Both the position numbers and the translations under genes were made by a program. A stretch of 64,000 bases of DNA from Yuukianura sp. NJ FZ-2021 (taxonomy: Eukaryota). This document shows positions 12,144 through 26,197 of this stretch, piece by piece (positions within the stretch are counted from its first letter, which is position 1; each line of letters opens with the position of its first letter). The notes below the pieces were generated by a model. The model saw only the letters and a program-made list of their open reading frames with translations. It had not been told where the DNA came from and ran no database searches. The stretch covers positions 9,176,001 through 9,240,000 of the forward strand of contig CM102289.1 in NCBI GenBank assembly GCA_046563655.1, written 5' to 3'.

Positions 12144-15100
12144 ATGAAGTGCTTTGGAGAAAGGATCAGGAACTACCACTGTAAAGTCGTTCTTCTGGAT
12201 GATCAAGAACTCATTCAAGAAATTCAGGTCAGAACTCTCAATTAACTTTTAATTTTAACACTTTAATTAAGTATTCTCATTCATCTTAACTTATTTTCAA
12301 TCATCTTTATCCTTGTGCTTTTCATTCCAAATAGGTTTTAGCACAATGTGTCATTTTTAGTTATTGTCTTCATTGTCTTTGAAAGTGTTGCAGCAACGTT
12401 TGTTTTCAAAGTTAAAAAATCAATCACTTTTAAACATTCTCTGTGATTTATGATTTTTAAATGCAAACTTGTGTTGGAGTTGGTTGCTGTTTGAGCGTTT
12501 ATCATTTTCTGAGAAAATCCACACTTTAAATTTTGTGAGTGTTAGTTTCTAAACATTTAAACTCGGTTTAATAAATGCCCAAGATCGAAAACTAAAAAGT
12601 TCAGTGTCAACTTTTAAAAGCGGTCTTTGAATGTTTCAAATGGGATTCTAGAAGTACAAGATTTTGAAAAATTTTAGTCAATGGTTGCAATTATTTGAGT
12701 GATTTGTGGAGCAGGAAGTGACAAATTTTTTTATTATTTGAAAACAGTTAGCTTTTCTCTGAAGGCAAAACGGGTCCGATTTTTATTACACTTCTTGTCA
12801 ATTCGGGTTTTGTTTGAAGATGAAGCGAGAAAAATAATTATTTGCTTTTCACTTTTTTTTTGTGATGAGTGTATGAATTCTGTTGTTTGTCGGTTGAACT
12901 TTTTTTAAATAGTCAAAAAATTAATTTTGCTATGCTTTGTAAGGTAGCGAATTGATCAACGCAATGGAAAAAAAGTTGAAGGATAATTTTGAAAGATTTC
13001 TAGTTTTTTGAAAAAGCTTTTTTTTTAAATTGACGAGTTGAAAAATTGACAGTTGGAGTTGGACTGTGTTTTTCCCACGGTCGTTGCACATGAATTGCAG
13101 TGCACAGGATGTCATAAAGTTAGAGCAGGGGTCAGGAATTTACGACTTCTTCCAAGTGTCATGTCAAGTGTATCATCAAAGTAGGCGTTTTTGGCGGGAC
13201 TTTTCAAAATGTAAAAAGTCGAATTTTAAAAGTACTAAATCTAAAGTAGGTTAGACTACAAGTCATTAGGAAGATTGTATGATGCAAGGGAAAGGATTTA
13301 ATATTTAGTAATTAAGAGTTTTACTTTCAAAGTGTAAAATGTTGCATAAAAAGAGCAATTATTTGACACCAGAGGTCTAGTTTTTATAAAAACAAACCAG
13401 GGAATTACTTTATATTCTCACAGAGTCCAATGAAATTTTTTTTATAAAGTAGACAATACATTAGGCACAGTTAAAGACTTTAGACTTGACTTCAATCCCA
13501 CGACTTTCAAAACATCTTGTATACTTTTTTTTGCACTGTGGAGTTAATGACTTCTAATGTTTCCCCTGTGGCCACATCACTCAAAAATTACCTATGTCCA
13601 TTGACTGTACAATTAAAAGGAATCAACGCAATAGTGCCAATTCGCATTTCAATTCGCACCAAAATGTTTAACATTCGCATCACACAAAACTTTTGAGAAA
13701 AATAAAGATTTTGATGAACAGTTCCTGAAAAGTTGACCGGATTTCTCCATATTTTTTAAATATCGGCGTCTAATTGTTGCAGACCTAAACTCGTAGGAAA
13801 TTTTAAATTTTTTGTGCTATTTATATTCTATCTAATTCTGGACTTTCAAATTGAAAATCGGTTTAAAACGTGCAAAAACTTTACTTTGGTTGTGTTTCTC
13901 CTTCTGGCCTTTGAAACATTTTGATCTACCATTTCTTTTCAATTTGTTCTTGAAATTTTTTAAAAATATTTGACGGAAGTTAAACTTTGCAAGTTTTTTT
14001 CGGAGCTTTTCTTAACGCTTATTTTGTATGCAATCAAAGTATACAATTGATTTATACCGAGATCCGATTTTTTGCTGACTGTACTAGAGTATACTAAAGA
14101 ATTAATTTTGCAAAAAGCAGCGTCAGAGGTAGGATTAGGCCGTGAGATTTATGAAGATGATTAAGAGGATGATAAACGGGAAGAAGCACATTGCACTCCC
14201 TCATCCATTTTCAACCAAGCAAAGGTCATTGCCCCCCGAATTAATCTGGATACGCCAAACACCAAAAAAGTTGGCCAATGTTGAAAAAAAAATCATAAAA
14301 CGTATATATGTACAGCCCTGATCTGCTCTAAATTCAAAACGCCTGTGTCGAATTTGCAAAAAGTTGTAAATTTTGGGGAAACCGTATAAATCATCTTGCA
14401 AATTCTACGCTTGTCAAATTATAGCGAAGTTGCAAAATTTTTTGAAAAAGCAGAGCAGAGGAGGTGGGGCTTGACCTCTTGATTATTACTTTTGGTTTTT
14501 ATTGTTTTCTTTTCATGTGAATTGAAAATAATAATTTTGTGGGCTTATCGATGGAAACAAATTACAAGTTTAGTTGTAATGTTAACTTATGAAAATTTTG
14601 AATTAAGGTGTCAAAAGGGCTCAAAGTGAGCAACGCTGTACCTGATTTACAGTGTAAATAAAAATGCAAGTGTGAAATATGACACCTAGACATTATCACA
14701 AAATGTAATTAAGGGCCTCTCACACCTTCGTCTGCGCAGTGCTGATTACGAACTCACTTCTGCGCATGCCCATTCATCATCCAATAACAAAACAAGCATC
14801 TCGTTAACCATTTACTTCACTTTTTTAATCATTCACAAACGTCAAAGCAGTTTCAGACGAATTACTATTCGCCAGATACAAAATTCCAAAAAAAAAAAAA
14901 AAAAAAAATTATAACCAAAGTCAAATGAAAAGTTCAGCTAATGGAAAAAAAAATCTCGTCACATTTTTTTTTATAGGCTTCACCTCTAATGAAAGTTTGT
15001 GCAAATTTTGTGCGAAAATTGTTCACTTTTGTGCAAATTGTTTGCTTTGGGCTAGATTTTTGTTTGTTTGATGATTGCACTTTTCATTTTTTATTTAGTA

Positions 15101-18100
15101 GAACGAATTTTGCATTTTGGGAACTCTCAACACTTGTTCATTTTTTGGCGAAACAACTTTCACTTCAATTTGACTCAGAAATTAAACCTGACTAACGCCT
15201 AATCTTAAATTTGCAAGCCTAACCTTAACTTCAAATGTTGAAATTAAATAAGCATACCCATTTTTGTAAAAACTTGATCCTCTGTAATTTGAGAGAAACT
15301 TAAAACGTTTTGTTTCATTTCTTAGAAAAAAGCAATCCATCTTCATAATTTATCCGCTTTGTTTTAAGTTTTGCCTCCAAACAGAGTTTGCCAAAATTCC
15401 ATGCAAACATTTTGGTCTGAAGCGTCAGTGAGTCCATTTACGGGAGTCGGAACTAATAATTGAGCGAAGCTTTGAAATGGGCGGGACTTTCCAAATATTA
15501 AAACTTTATTAAATGTTTATTACTCCATTGATCCTGTTTTTGAATCACCAAAAAATTAATTTGTAGGTACTTTTTTTTTCCAAAATGTCTAACATCATCT
15601 TCTCTTTTGTTGTGTTTCAAAAAAATGATTTCGGTTTTGAATTAATTTTGAGACTGGTCTTATTCAAGTTTTGAAAGAATTTCCCGGAGGCCAAAATTTC
15701 ATAATTTCTGAGTCTGGTTGTAGTAAATCAAGCGAGAGGAGGCGGAGTGTTTAAAATTTCCTTTTCAAAACGAAAAAATGTTAACTTATGTGTCTCACAT
15801 AACAAAAAAAAAGTGAAGTTTTTTGAATTTTAAAATAAACTTGAGAGTCATAAACAAGCACAAGCGCTGTGCTATGATAATGAGAAGGCGTGCGTGCCCA
15901 GACTTTTGGAAATTGAACACGTACAACACTTTTTCAAAAAAAAAAATCAACTTTTTTTAAACTTTGTTCCAACAAAAGATGAACCGAATGGAAAATGATG
16001 ATGATGCGCGTCGGTTAATTACAGATTTTGAATTTCAAAAAAAAATTGAGCCCCGAGGGCATTTTGTGACCTCTGACCCCGCTGAGTTCCTTTTTGTTTT
16101 AAATGAACGTCATAAATTACTTTTGTATTCCGCTTTTACATAATTATAGAGTCTCCAAAAATTTATTTCAGAATAACAAATTTTGAAAACAAGAAAACGT
16201 AGCTTTTTGAACTGCAGAGACTCACAAAAGTAGTGCAAATTTTTTTACTTGAACCTTTTTTTCTAAAGCGGGGTCAAGTTCGCATAACCTTAGTCGTGGC
16301 TCATGCGCAGATGACAATTTTGTGGTCCGTTGATGCTAAAACCCAACAATTGAAAAATCGTGCAAGTAATTGTTCAAATAAGTCTGAAATTAGTCAAGTG
16401 ACTTCAGAATGAGAGCATTGACGTTGCAGAAATTGTAACAATGAAACGGGAATTGTAAGTCAAAAGCCTCCTCCCATTGTTGTCACTCCGACTGTGTTGG
16501 CAGTATCATGGTTTAGATACTATGTACTTTGAATTATTATAGGATGTAAATTAGTTCTAATGTCACACTTTCCCCTCATTGCGCAGAATCTTTGCACAGA
16601 CAGTCGCTGACGCGCCCTCATCTTGTTTCATGCTCCGTAAATAATTTGTAATCCACTCTATGTAAAATTAGACACGCACAACGCACCTCAAAAAATGAAC
16701 GTCGAAGAAAAATTTCAAATTCAAACAATTGAGAAACACCCAAAAGAATTTTTATCGGCGCTTAAATTTCAGACGAGGACCTAAGTTCTAAGACACAATT
16801 TAATTTATGAATTTTGACTCTCTTTTTTTAATTAAAAAAATTATACTTTTGTTTGTAGAAATTAAATTCTAATGGTAATGATAAGAAAAGCCCGACGCAA
16901 ACTTGCAACTGTAACGAGAAGGAAATAGTGAAAGTTAAAAATTAAAAATATGCTTGAACGGACGTTAAATTCTTTAAAAAATATTTTTTTCTTTGAAATT
17001 TTTGCAGAGTGGATCTCTTGGTCAAGAACTTTTGGAAAACATCTTTAAACATTTGAATTTGATTGAAACGTCTTACTTTGGACTACGGTTTATTGACTCC
17101 ACAGACCAAACAGTAAGTGCTGATTCATGAAAACGATGCAAACACTATCGCTTGAATCAAAATTATTACACTCCATTATGATCACATATAAAGACAAAAA
17201 ATCCTAGATTTCATCAACGGATGCAAAAATATAAACTTGGATTATGAATTGTCGGTTCTGCACGTCCTTTTTTCCATTTTAGGACATTGTTTTTCGCCAC
17301 AATTTTTGTTAAGTCATTCCTGCATTGAGATAGTTTTAAGCTAAAGTCAACGTTCCGTTCCGCCTTAAATTTAAACAATTCAGCACAAGATGATTTAGCA
17401 CTTTCTTTATTTTGAATCCATTACACAACTTTTTTTTGTACTACACGAAAATTTGAAGTTGTAGCATTAAATTATTTAAATTTCAGAATTTTGTATTTTG
17501 TGTTTTTCAAATTTTAGCACTGGCTAGACGCTGGAAAAAGAACAATCAAGCAACTGGAAGGTACTAACATTTTTTGGTAAAGCCCTAAAACCTGCAGTTG
17601 ACAGAAAATGTTTAATTAAATTCAAAATTTATTTAGTAAATGACGCTTAAGTTTCAACTACAATTTTAATTGTAATTAACATTTTAATTGTAGGAACTGA
17701 ATCCTTTACGTTGTATTTTGGTGTCAAATTCTATGCAGCAGATCCATGTAAACTTGTGGAAGAAATTACCAGGTAAATTTATTGTTCATTTTGCCATTAA
17801 AACTTGACTGTAGTAGATTTTAATTTTTTTAATGGTTGCAACACCAAAACTTTTAAATGGTGGATTCAATTACTTCAAATAAATTTTGCAAAAGCTACCG
17901 AAAACTTTTCATTTCAAAGCAGTAATCTTCTATCATAAAACTTACACTTGTTTAGTAACAGCACTTCACTAAAGCAAAAAACTAAAATGTTTCTGAAATC
18001 CTTTTAAAACAAGCCGGAATCACTTTTATTTTCAAATTAACGTCAGGTAGTGATGTAAGGTAATGGGAGGCTTACAGTCATCGAAACAACAACAACATCA

Positions 18101-21100
18101 ACGCAACTACAACACTTTTTACATCCATTACATAACTATTTTCTCATTTTACATTATGTTTTTGTACAACTAAACTTATTCCAAACTAACAATCTCTCAA
18201 ATCTTACCGAGAAAGCACAACATTAAAAAAATTCAAGATTATAATTTCATAAACAAACACAAAGAAAGTTTTCATACAAAAAAAAATGAAATTTTCTTGG
18301 AAATTTTCAGGTACCAATTTTTTCTGCAAATCAAACAAGATATTTTGCAAGGTCGACTTTTGGTTCCAAGCGATCTGATGCCAGAACTGTGCGCTTATGC
18401 ACTTCAATGTAAGTCAAACATTTTTTCATGACATAAAATTTATGTAAATATTAACACAACTTATCAATTACTTTGAATTTGGTAACAATTACACTCTACT
18501 AATGAAAAAAACATGACGAATTCACATTTCCTTTCACCGTTAATTCTAGTCTAAGTTATTTTCTCAACGTGTTTACACACCGAAACGCCATTTTTCATTC
18601 AATCTTAAGTCGTAAAAAACTGCAAAATCCGCAACTGTGCAAATTCATTGCCTTCAGCAGCCGGAAACCAAAAAAGAAAATCAGCATCACGTCTATTCAC
18701 ATTCTTTTTCGGTTCCGTTTGACTGCATTTCGTGGCGTTTTAGTTGGACAGTTTGCGGTAAACTGGGCAGCAGCAGGCAGTTACAAAAATTGATGCAATT
18801 TGGTCACAATTTTCAAAAATTTAACTTCAACCGCCGAAAACTAAAAAAAAGTAGAAAAGAGAGAAATATTGCTTTGTTGAAAACATCTCTGTTTGCCTAA
18901 TTTGTAACTTTTTGGGTTTTGATGCCGACTGAAGTTGTGGGCAAGCCCAATTTTTGTTGAAAAGTTTTTATGACTGGACGGTTGACAGTGAGTAGTGTAA
19001 GTTTTAGTTTCGCCTACGCTAAGTAGCCTTGTAACTTATTTGAAATGGGCGGGAGAGACATCATGAATGGGCAATTGGGACTGACTGCTGAGTGGCCGAC
19101 GACTGCGCAAAAGCACCAAAAAAAAATGACAATGGACGTGGGACTTTCCTATTGTTTAACTTTCAAACTAAATGAGCGGCATTTCAGTAGATCCAACTTT
19201 AGCATAGCAATTAGCCTACCTAAACGCAACTAATAAAAATCCTAAAATGGATTTTAATTATAGACCTTGCTCTTCACAAAAAAAAAAGTAAAGATTAATT
19301 CATGCAACACCTTCTACATCAAAATTAATTCATTCAACACTTTCTACATAAAAATTAAAACAAACTTTTGACTTTTTGTTGCCAAATTGCGACAACGTTT
19401 ATGCAGTGGAACCTACATATACTTTTTACTTTTTAGTTTTTCTTTTAAAAAAAATTGGATGGAAGTTTCGCTCGTGAAAATTGAGCGAAGAATAATGAAC
19501 TTTGACATTTCAATGTTGTTAAAACGCCAAGGTCAAGGACCTTTAGAAAATAAATTGCTTTTAGTTTGTATCTAAATGTTAATGATTTCCTTGTCAAAGT
19601 TTACAGAGTGTGCGCATTACTTAACGCAATTGAAATTTGAATTGTTCGTAAAGAAGTAGGAAGGTTGCTACTTTTTCCTTGTTCGTGAATGATAGAAATA
19701 CAAAGTAAATTGTATAAAGTTTTTAACTTTATGTAAATTGTGACACCTTCAAATTATCACCTTTCAAACCTTTTTGTGCAATTTCTTTGACAAGAAGTAA
19801 AGTGGAGGAAATTGCACATTCTGTAAGTGTGAACCATCCGCCCTCGAGGTTTTTCGAAAAAACAACAACAATTTCCTAATCGATTTTTTTTTGAAATTTC
19901 AGCGGAACTTGGAGATTTTGACCCCAGGAGACACGGGCAAGGCTATACTTCTGAATTTCAGTTTTCGTCAACCCAGTCACCAGAATGCGAAAACAGAATT
20001 GCCGATCTACACAAGTCCATGATGTGAGACACCAAAACTTTTCTACTCAAAAAATTAAAAAAAAAATCTTTTTTGAAAATTTAAATTTTGAAATTTTCAG
20101 AGGTCAAGTTCCAGCAGTTGCAGAACTCAACTACTTAGAGAAGGTCAAATGGCTAGAAATGTACGGAGTGGATCTTCATGCAGTTTTGGTAATTTTAACT
20201 TTTTTTTAGTTTTTGAAAATTTTCTTGTTCAGTAGCCATCACCAACCCATAATTTCCCAACGGCCGAAAAATTCGACTTGGAACCTAATCGGTTTAAAAA
20301 AATCTTCTTTTTTTTAAGTGTGTATCAAATTGGAGCCTTCGGAAAAAACCTGAGGGTCAATGGCGGTTTCGAAATTCGAAATTTTTGTAATTTGGAGTTT
20401 GGCACCCAGGGCGCTCATTTTTTGGAAGAGGAGTGTTGTATGTTGATTCCAGTGATTTAGATGTTGAGGTTAAGGGGTCAGCTAGAGACTTAAGGGCATG
20501 AGCATTCTTCCTTTGTCCAAAAAGACTTTAAAAGGCCGTCCCATTGTTAGTCCATGACTCCAAGTTAAGGTTATGTTGAAAAAGTACCTGTTGGATCCCA
20601 TTGTTCTCCAGGAGGTTAATAACAAGTTATCAAGATCACAAGGCACCAAATTCATTTATTCCTCCAGATTCCTAAGGGCCCCCTCCTCACCTAACCTGCC
20701 CTTTACACTAATTAGTCTGTCCAAGGTGATCCCTTGGAGCCCTTCAGGGCCTTAAAATCACATACAAAGCTTAAATCCTGAACAACTCTGAGCATTTTGA
20801 ACAAAATTTCAAAATTTTCATACAATGGAAACTTCGAAACAGGTATTTTTCAACTTCCCGCCCCAGAGATCCTCTCTGGATAATTTCAAATTATAAAAAA
20901 TATCAACCAGAGGTTGAAACTTTTTTTTACAAAAAAAAAAGTTATTAAATTAAAACGTCACAATACTAAAACTTCCTCGTCAATGCAAACCGGTGGGAAA
21001 AAACTGAAATTTTCCCATGTTCTGAAAAGATTAAAAAGTTTAGTTAGAAAAACTAAAAAGTAAAAACTTCTCATCGGAAAAATTTTTAGGAGCACAGTAC

Positions 21101-24100
21101 TGGAACGGTTTTAATTTAATCCGGATTTTCATTTTCTTTCTGATTTTTTTTGGGAAGCTTTTAAAATTAAAATTTTGGAAAACGTGTTTTGAGCAAACCA
21201 GAATCGTGATAATTTGGGTTTAAGTTTTTAATAAGTTTGTCAAACAAAAGGGATGAGTTGTGGAAGTCTCTTTTCCATGAAAATTTCATTCACGAATTGT
21301 ATGGATAATGAAGAACGTCTTCATCTTGCTCGTGAATCAGTTAAAAAAACAGTTTTTGAAATTCAGTTTTTGAATTCATTTTTTCAGGGAGAGGATAACA
21401 CAGACTACTTTCTGGGCCTTACCCCCGCTGGAGTCATTGTCTTACGAAATAAAACCAAAGTCGGAAATTATTTCTGGTAAGAAAACTGAGATTTCACAGG
21501 GATTAAACTCTCGACTCAAATTTTTGACGGTTTTATCTTTTTCAAACAATAGAAACGGAACGGAATTCTTGTAAAAAAAATGCGTGAGAAAACCTTGAAA
21601 ACTTAATTTTCTCATAGTTTTTTCTTCTTTTTCCAGGCCCCGAATCACAAAACTCAACCAAAAGGGAAAGTACTTCATGTTGAGAGTCAAAAACAAAAAT
21701 GTAAGAAAATTCTTTCAAAAGAACACGAGATTTTAAAGGCCAACGTAGTTCGCTTATGGGCGACAGCCCATCCGTTCGATTTGTCTGAAAATTTGCATAG
21801 TTGATCTCGAGGTCAATATGAGAAACTTTTGTACAGTGCCCAGATGGGGCATCAAGCGGTTTGACCTCCAGGGGTCACCAAAGGTCATGGGGGTCATCTT
21901 ATGCCGACCCCTACAAGTTAGGTGTCGTTGGAAAGCTGTAGATCTGCTGATCCCAAAAATATATGGGTATCCATACTTTGGTTCAACCGCTTAGCCGATA
22001 TAGGTCAAGAAAGGTCATGTTTTCCGTTGGAGTCGTGCAACATATTTAAATGAGACCTTTCTTGAACCATATCCGTTACGCAGTTGAACCAAAATATAGG
22101 TATCCATATATTTTTGGAATCAGCAGATCCACAGCTTTCCAACGCCACCTAACTTGTAGGGGTCGTCATAAGATGACCCCCATGACCTTTGGTGACCCCT
22201 GGAGGTCAAACCGCTTGATGCCCCATCTGGGCCCTGTACAAAAGTTTCTCATATTGACCTCGAGATCAACTATGCAAATTTTCAGACAAATCGAACGGAT
22301 GGGCTGTCGCCCATAAGCGAACTACGTTGGCCTTTAAAAAAAAATTACAACGCCTGTATCACAATGTTAAACAAAAGTTGAAAAAAAGATTCAAATTGGA
22401 GCTTGAAATTCAGAAGTTTTGCAAAATTTTGCTGTGTGTCGAATAAACCTGATCTTTTTTTTTTTGAATTTTCATTTTTCTGCTTCTTTGTTTCGTTTTG
22501 CAACAATGGTCAATTGAAGCATGACGGCATTGTTAAAATTTATTGATGCTAACTCAGCTTTTTTTCAAAAACTTTTTGCAAATTTTTTTTTCAGAATGAG
22601 GAACAGACTTACGGATTCGAAACGCCGTCGAAAGCTGCGTGTAAGCACCTTTGGAAATGTGCTACGGAGCATCATGCTTTCTTCCGCCTCCTTCAAGTAC
22701 CATCCTACTCTAAGCCATATACACTCGGATCACGATTCCGTGACAGGTCACATTAGCAAAACAGTTATCAATACATTAGCAATTGAAACATATGCAAAGT
22801 ATCAAAATTTTGAAATTGACAAATGGAAATTTGCAAATTTTCAGTTCTCGAAGTGATTGTTCTGTCCGCGGAAGAGCTCAACCACAATTTGTTCGCACTC
22901 CAAGTAGGCGGTACCAACGGCGCATTGTTGAAGGGGCTCAAGACGGTACCAAAAAAAAACTTTTTTTGAATTTTTTTTTTGAAAGTTTTGTTTTATGAAG
23001 TTGCCAAAATCAATTGATTTTTTTAGACTCCGACACTAAAAATATTTGTAATGCCGAATCCGGTTTTCAGCGATTTGTAGCTGTAGAGTCGAAACCAGTT
23101 GAAAGGTAGTTTTTACTTTTTTTTAAACTTTTTTTAAATTGAAAACTTTTTGAAAAACTGGAATTGGAATGGGCAGTGGGAGGTCGATTTTTTTTTAAAT
23201 TATGAATTATTTTAGTGGAAACTTGTCCAATTTATCATCCACGGCAGTCCCTACCTGTGGACGTGAATCACCGAAAAGTACAAGAAGTGCATCTTGGGCG
23301 CCACCGACACGAAAAACTTTACCGAGTCCGAAATCGGTTCGGTCTGCCGGAGTCGGAAGTTCGACACACCGAGAACGACATGCCGACAGACACCACCATC
23401 ACAGGAGTCGCAAAAGATCTGGAAGTGGGGACAGTCATAGTTCAGCGGATTCACAAACTCGTCGCAAGTAAAATTTTGAAACCATTTCAAAACCTGGTTC
23501 AAAATAGTTTCGAAATTTTGAAATTTCATTTTTTCAAAATTTTAGACATCGTCACAGACGAAGGAGTCGACGCAGTTCGGATGCGGAGAGTGAAGTTTCC
23601 AAAGCTTCTGGAAGATCTCACAAACGTCGGCACCACAAAAGCGGTTCACTCAATCGGCACGGCGAATCCGGTTCCGAATCTGAAAATTGCAGCAGACGGA
23701 ACAGACATCGGCATCGCAAGAGGTATTTCATAAAATTTCAAAACTCAATAAAAATTATTACCGTAATTTGAATTTTTTCAAAATTTTGAACAGCGACACC
23801 AAAAAATATGAAATGGTCGACTCGGAAGCACAGTGGAAAGAAGTTCAAAGGAAACAAGCTCAACAAGCTGTGCAGCAAGCCGCTGTTGTCCAGAATTCTG
23901 GAAGTTTACCTCAACAAGATTCAGTTGCTGTGATCAGTGATCAGTTCCGATCCGTGATCAGTGATCAGAATAGCCGATCAGTGATCAAAAGTCACCCTAT
24001 TTCGACCACTTCTGCAAGGAAATCGGGGTACATGAACAGTGGAGCCGAAAGTGGAGCTGAAAATGGTCATGCGCAGACGCGTAGGCGACGACGCACCCAC

Positions 24101-25886
24101 CGCTCCAGCTCTCCTGACAAGCACTTGGCTTCTGAAATCAAGCGACATTTGGACTTTGAACTGATCGACACAAAGGGCATGACTGAAGAGGAGCGTAAAG
24201 AAATTCCTTATGTTCAAGTTGAAACGACGCAAGTGAGTGGCATCAAGTCAGGCAGAATTCGGCATTCCAGTAGTGTCAAAAGCAACCGGTTGCCGGGAAA
24301 CAGCAGCCACCAATCAGGAAAGTCGAACGAAGGAGTCGCAAGGTCAGTTTGATTTCAAAATTCTGAAAAAAATTCAGGAAATTTTTAGGAACTTTTAATT
24401 TCCTTTTTTAGCATTCCAACGTTAGAGGGCGTGAAATTAGCTGAATTTGGGATTTGCAATTCGGATAGCCCGCCACCTCCGTACTCACCGCCGGCAACTT
24501 CAAATTCAAATTTGGCAAAACCGCCCGTACCACAGAAACCGGTTGTCATCGGTAATCTAAGTTCCAGCTTAGGTACAAAGATGACAACGGCACCTCAACA
24601 GTCTATGGACAACCGAAGAAATCCAAACGCTCAATCAAGGTAAAAATTTTGAAAAATTTAAAAAATAAAAATTTTAAAAATAAAACTTTTTTGAATAATG
24701 TTATGAAATTAAATGTTAGCGGAATTTATATTAAAGGAATTTGTCAATTTTTAGATTCAAAAAAATTTTTTTCTAGAAATCTCGTTGAAAATGGGGCTGA
24801 TCGACACTTGAATCAGCGCCATTTTCAAAACGCTTCGCCACAGAAGCAGTCTGTGCCCAGCCATCACGAACTTGGACTTCCAAGTTCTTTTTATCCATCA
24901 CCATCAGAGTCTCCAGACAGTCAAAAAGTGGATTCTCACCATGAAAACAGCGATTCTGGACTGGGAACGGACCATCAGGAGTATTACAAGTATTTCAAGA
25001 CAGGTTTTTAAAAAGGCCCCAACTGTTCTGAAGTTAAAAATTCAACTTTTGGTATTTTAGAAACGAGAATTTTAGTAGCTTGGGATACGAGGTATCAAAA
25101 GAGCAGCACCAATCAGGTAATCAAGTTTTCACGCGGGAAAATTTGAAATCGACCAATTGGAATCGAGACGCTCAAACTCCCGCCACACCTTCAAATAATT
25201 ACACAAAGACAATGGGCAACTACTGGTCTAATTTGTCCATGGCGCAGCCGCAAGTAGGACAACCCTGGGTACGTTCATGCACTTTTAATATAGTATAATA
25301 TATTTAAATATTATTATTATGTAGTTAGTTTTTGTTAATCACTGCTTGTCACATGCTTTGACTAAACTGCTATAAAGGGGCACAGGTTAATTGTAAATAT
25401 GGTGGCTGTTTAGTTGGTGAAGGAAGTTGAGCAAAAGTCAAGTTATTCCAACAGCCTCAGTCGAATCGACTACAAACAGAACAGGAAAACGGCGGCGGAA
25501 AATTTCAAAAATTTGACAGTAGCCAAACTCCGGGATTCGTCAGTTTCATCTTCTGCTAACTATAACTCCAGTCGAGTTTCTGGAATTGGTTATGACAAAA
25601 GTAGTTTTAGTGGTGGGAGGTCAAGGTCATCTAGTTTAGAAATGATTCTCAGTCCGCTACTTGCTAGCACTCGCACTAAATTATAACCTCAGTTAGTTAA
25701 ATGTTAAGTTAGTTAAATCAAAAATTTAAAACTGCAAAGTAAATTTTTCAGGAGGCCAATAGGATGACCGGAAGGTCATCGAATCAAACTGTCCAACCTC
25801 ATCAATCAAGAGAGCAACACAATTTAATGGATCAGCAACAGGGAGTGCCCAAGGGAGTTGTTCATGAAATCAGTACTGAGCTTTAA
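12144..25886 (+). CDS. EPB41L4A: band 4.1-like protein 4A (FERM domain protein)
   Basis: Exons at ~12144-12228, ~17008-17112, 17518-17560, ~17694-17772, 18311-18408, ~19903-20023, 20101-20188, 21388-21476, 21637-21700, 22595-22746 and onward give [97 protein letters not shown]; subfamily motifs [11 protein letters not shown] and [23 protein letters not shown]. Confidence 0.9.
21737..22333. mobile_element. 597-bp foldback MITE, TTAA target duplication, AGG termini (Kolobok/T2-MITE-like)
   Basis: Arms ~21737-22016 and ~22052-22333 are near-perfect reverse complements (AGGCCAACGTAGTTCGCTTATGGGCGAC... / ...GTCGCCCATAAGCGAACTACGTTGGCCT); TTAA at 21733-21736 and 22334-22337; lies in an EPB41L4A intron. 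Confidence 0.85.
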
Positions 25887-26197
25887 CATTTAGCGTTTTT
25901 TATGTTTTCAATAAAATATATTATAATAAAATATAATTAAAAACATTAACAAATAATAACTTTATTCCAGATTTTATTTTTTCTTGCAATAAAGTTGGAA
26001 CAAAGCCGTGTGAAAAAACTAATCAACTACTTTCTTTCTGAGAAAAATTAATCAAAAATTGTTTCTGCAGTTGCTAGGAACGTCAAAATTTCCGTGTTTT
26101 GTTTTCCTTTTTATTAAAAAAAAACTGCAAACGCTCACTCCACGAGTTGAGTTGAATTTTTGAGAAATTCAGTTTGTTTTGTCCATAAAATCCAAAA

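Noticed and set aside
12230..17000. Nested genes in the long first intron of EPB41L4A
   Set aside because: ORFs are short F/K/L-rich products of AT-rich sequence without coherent exon structure.
22050..22316. 88-aa ORF
   Set aside because: Lies within one arm of the foldback MITE; no transposase motifs.
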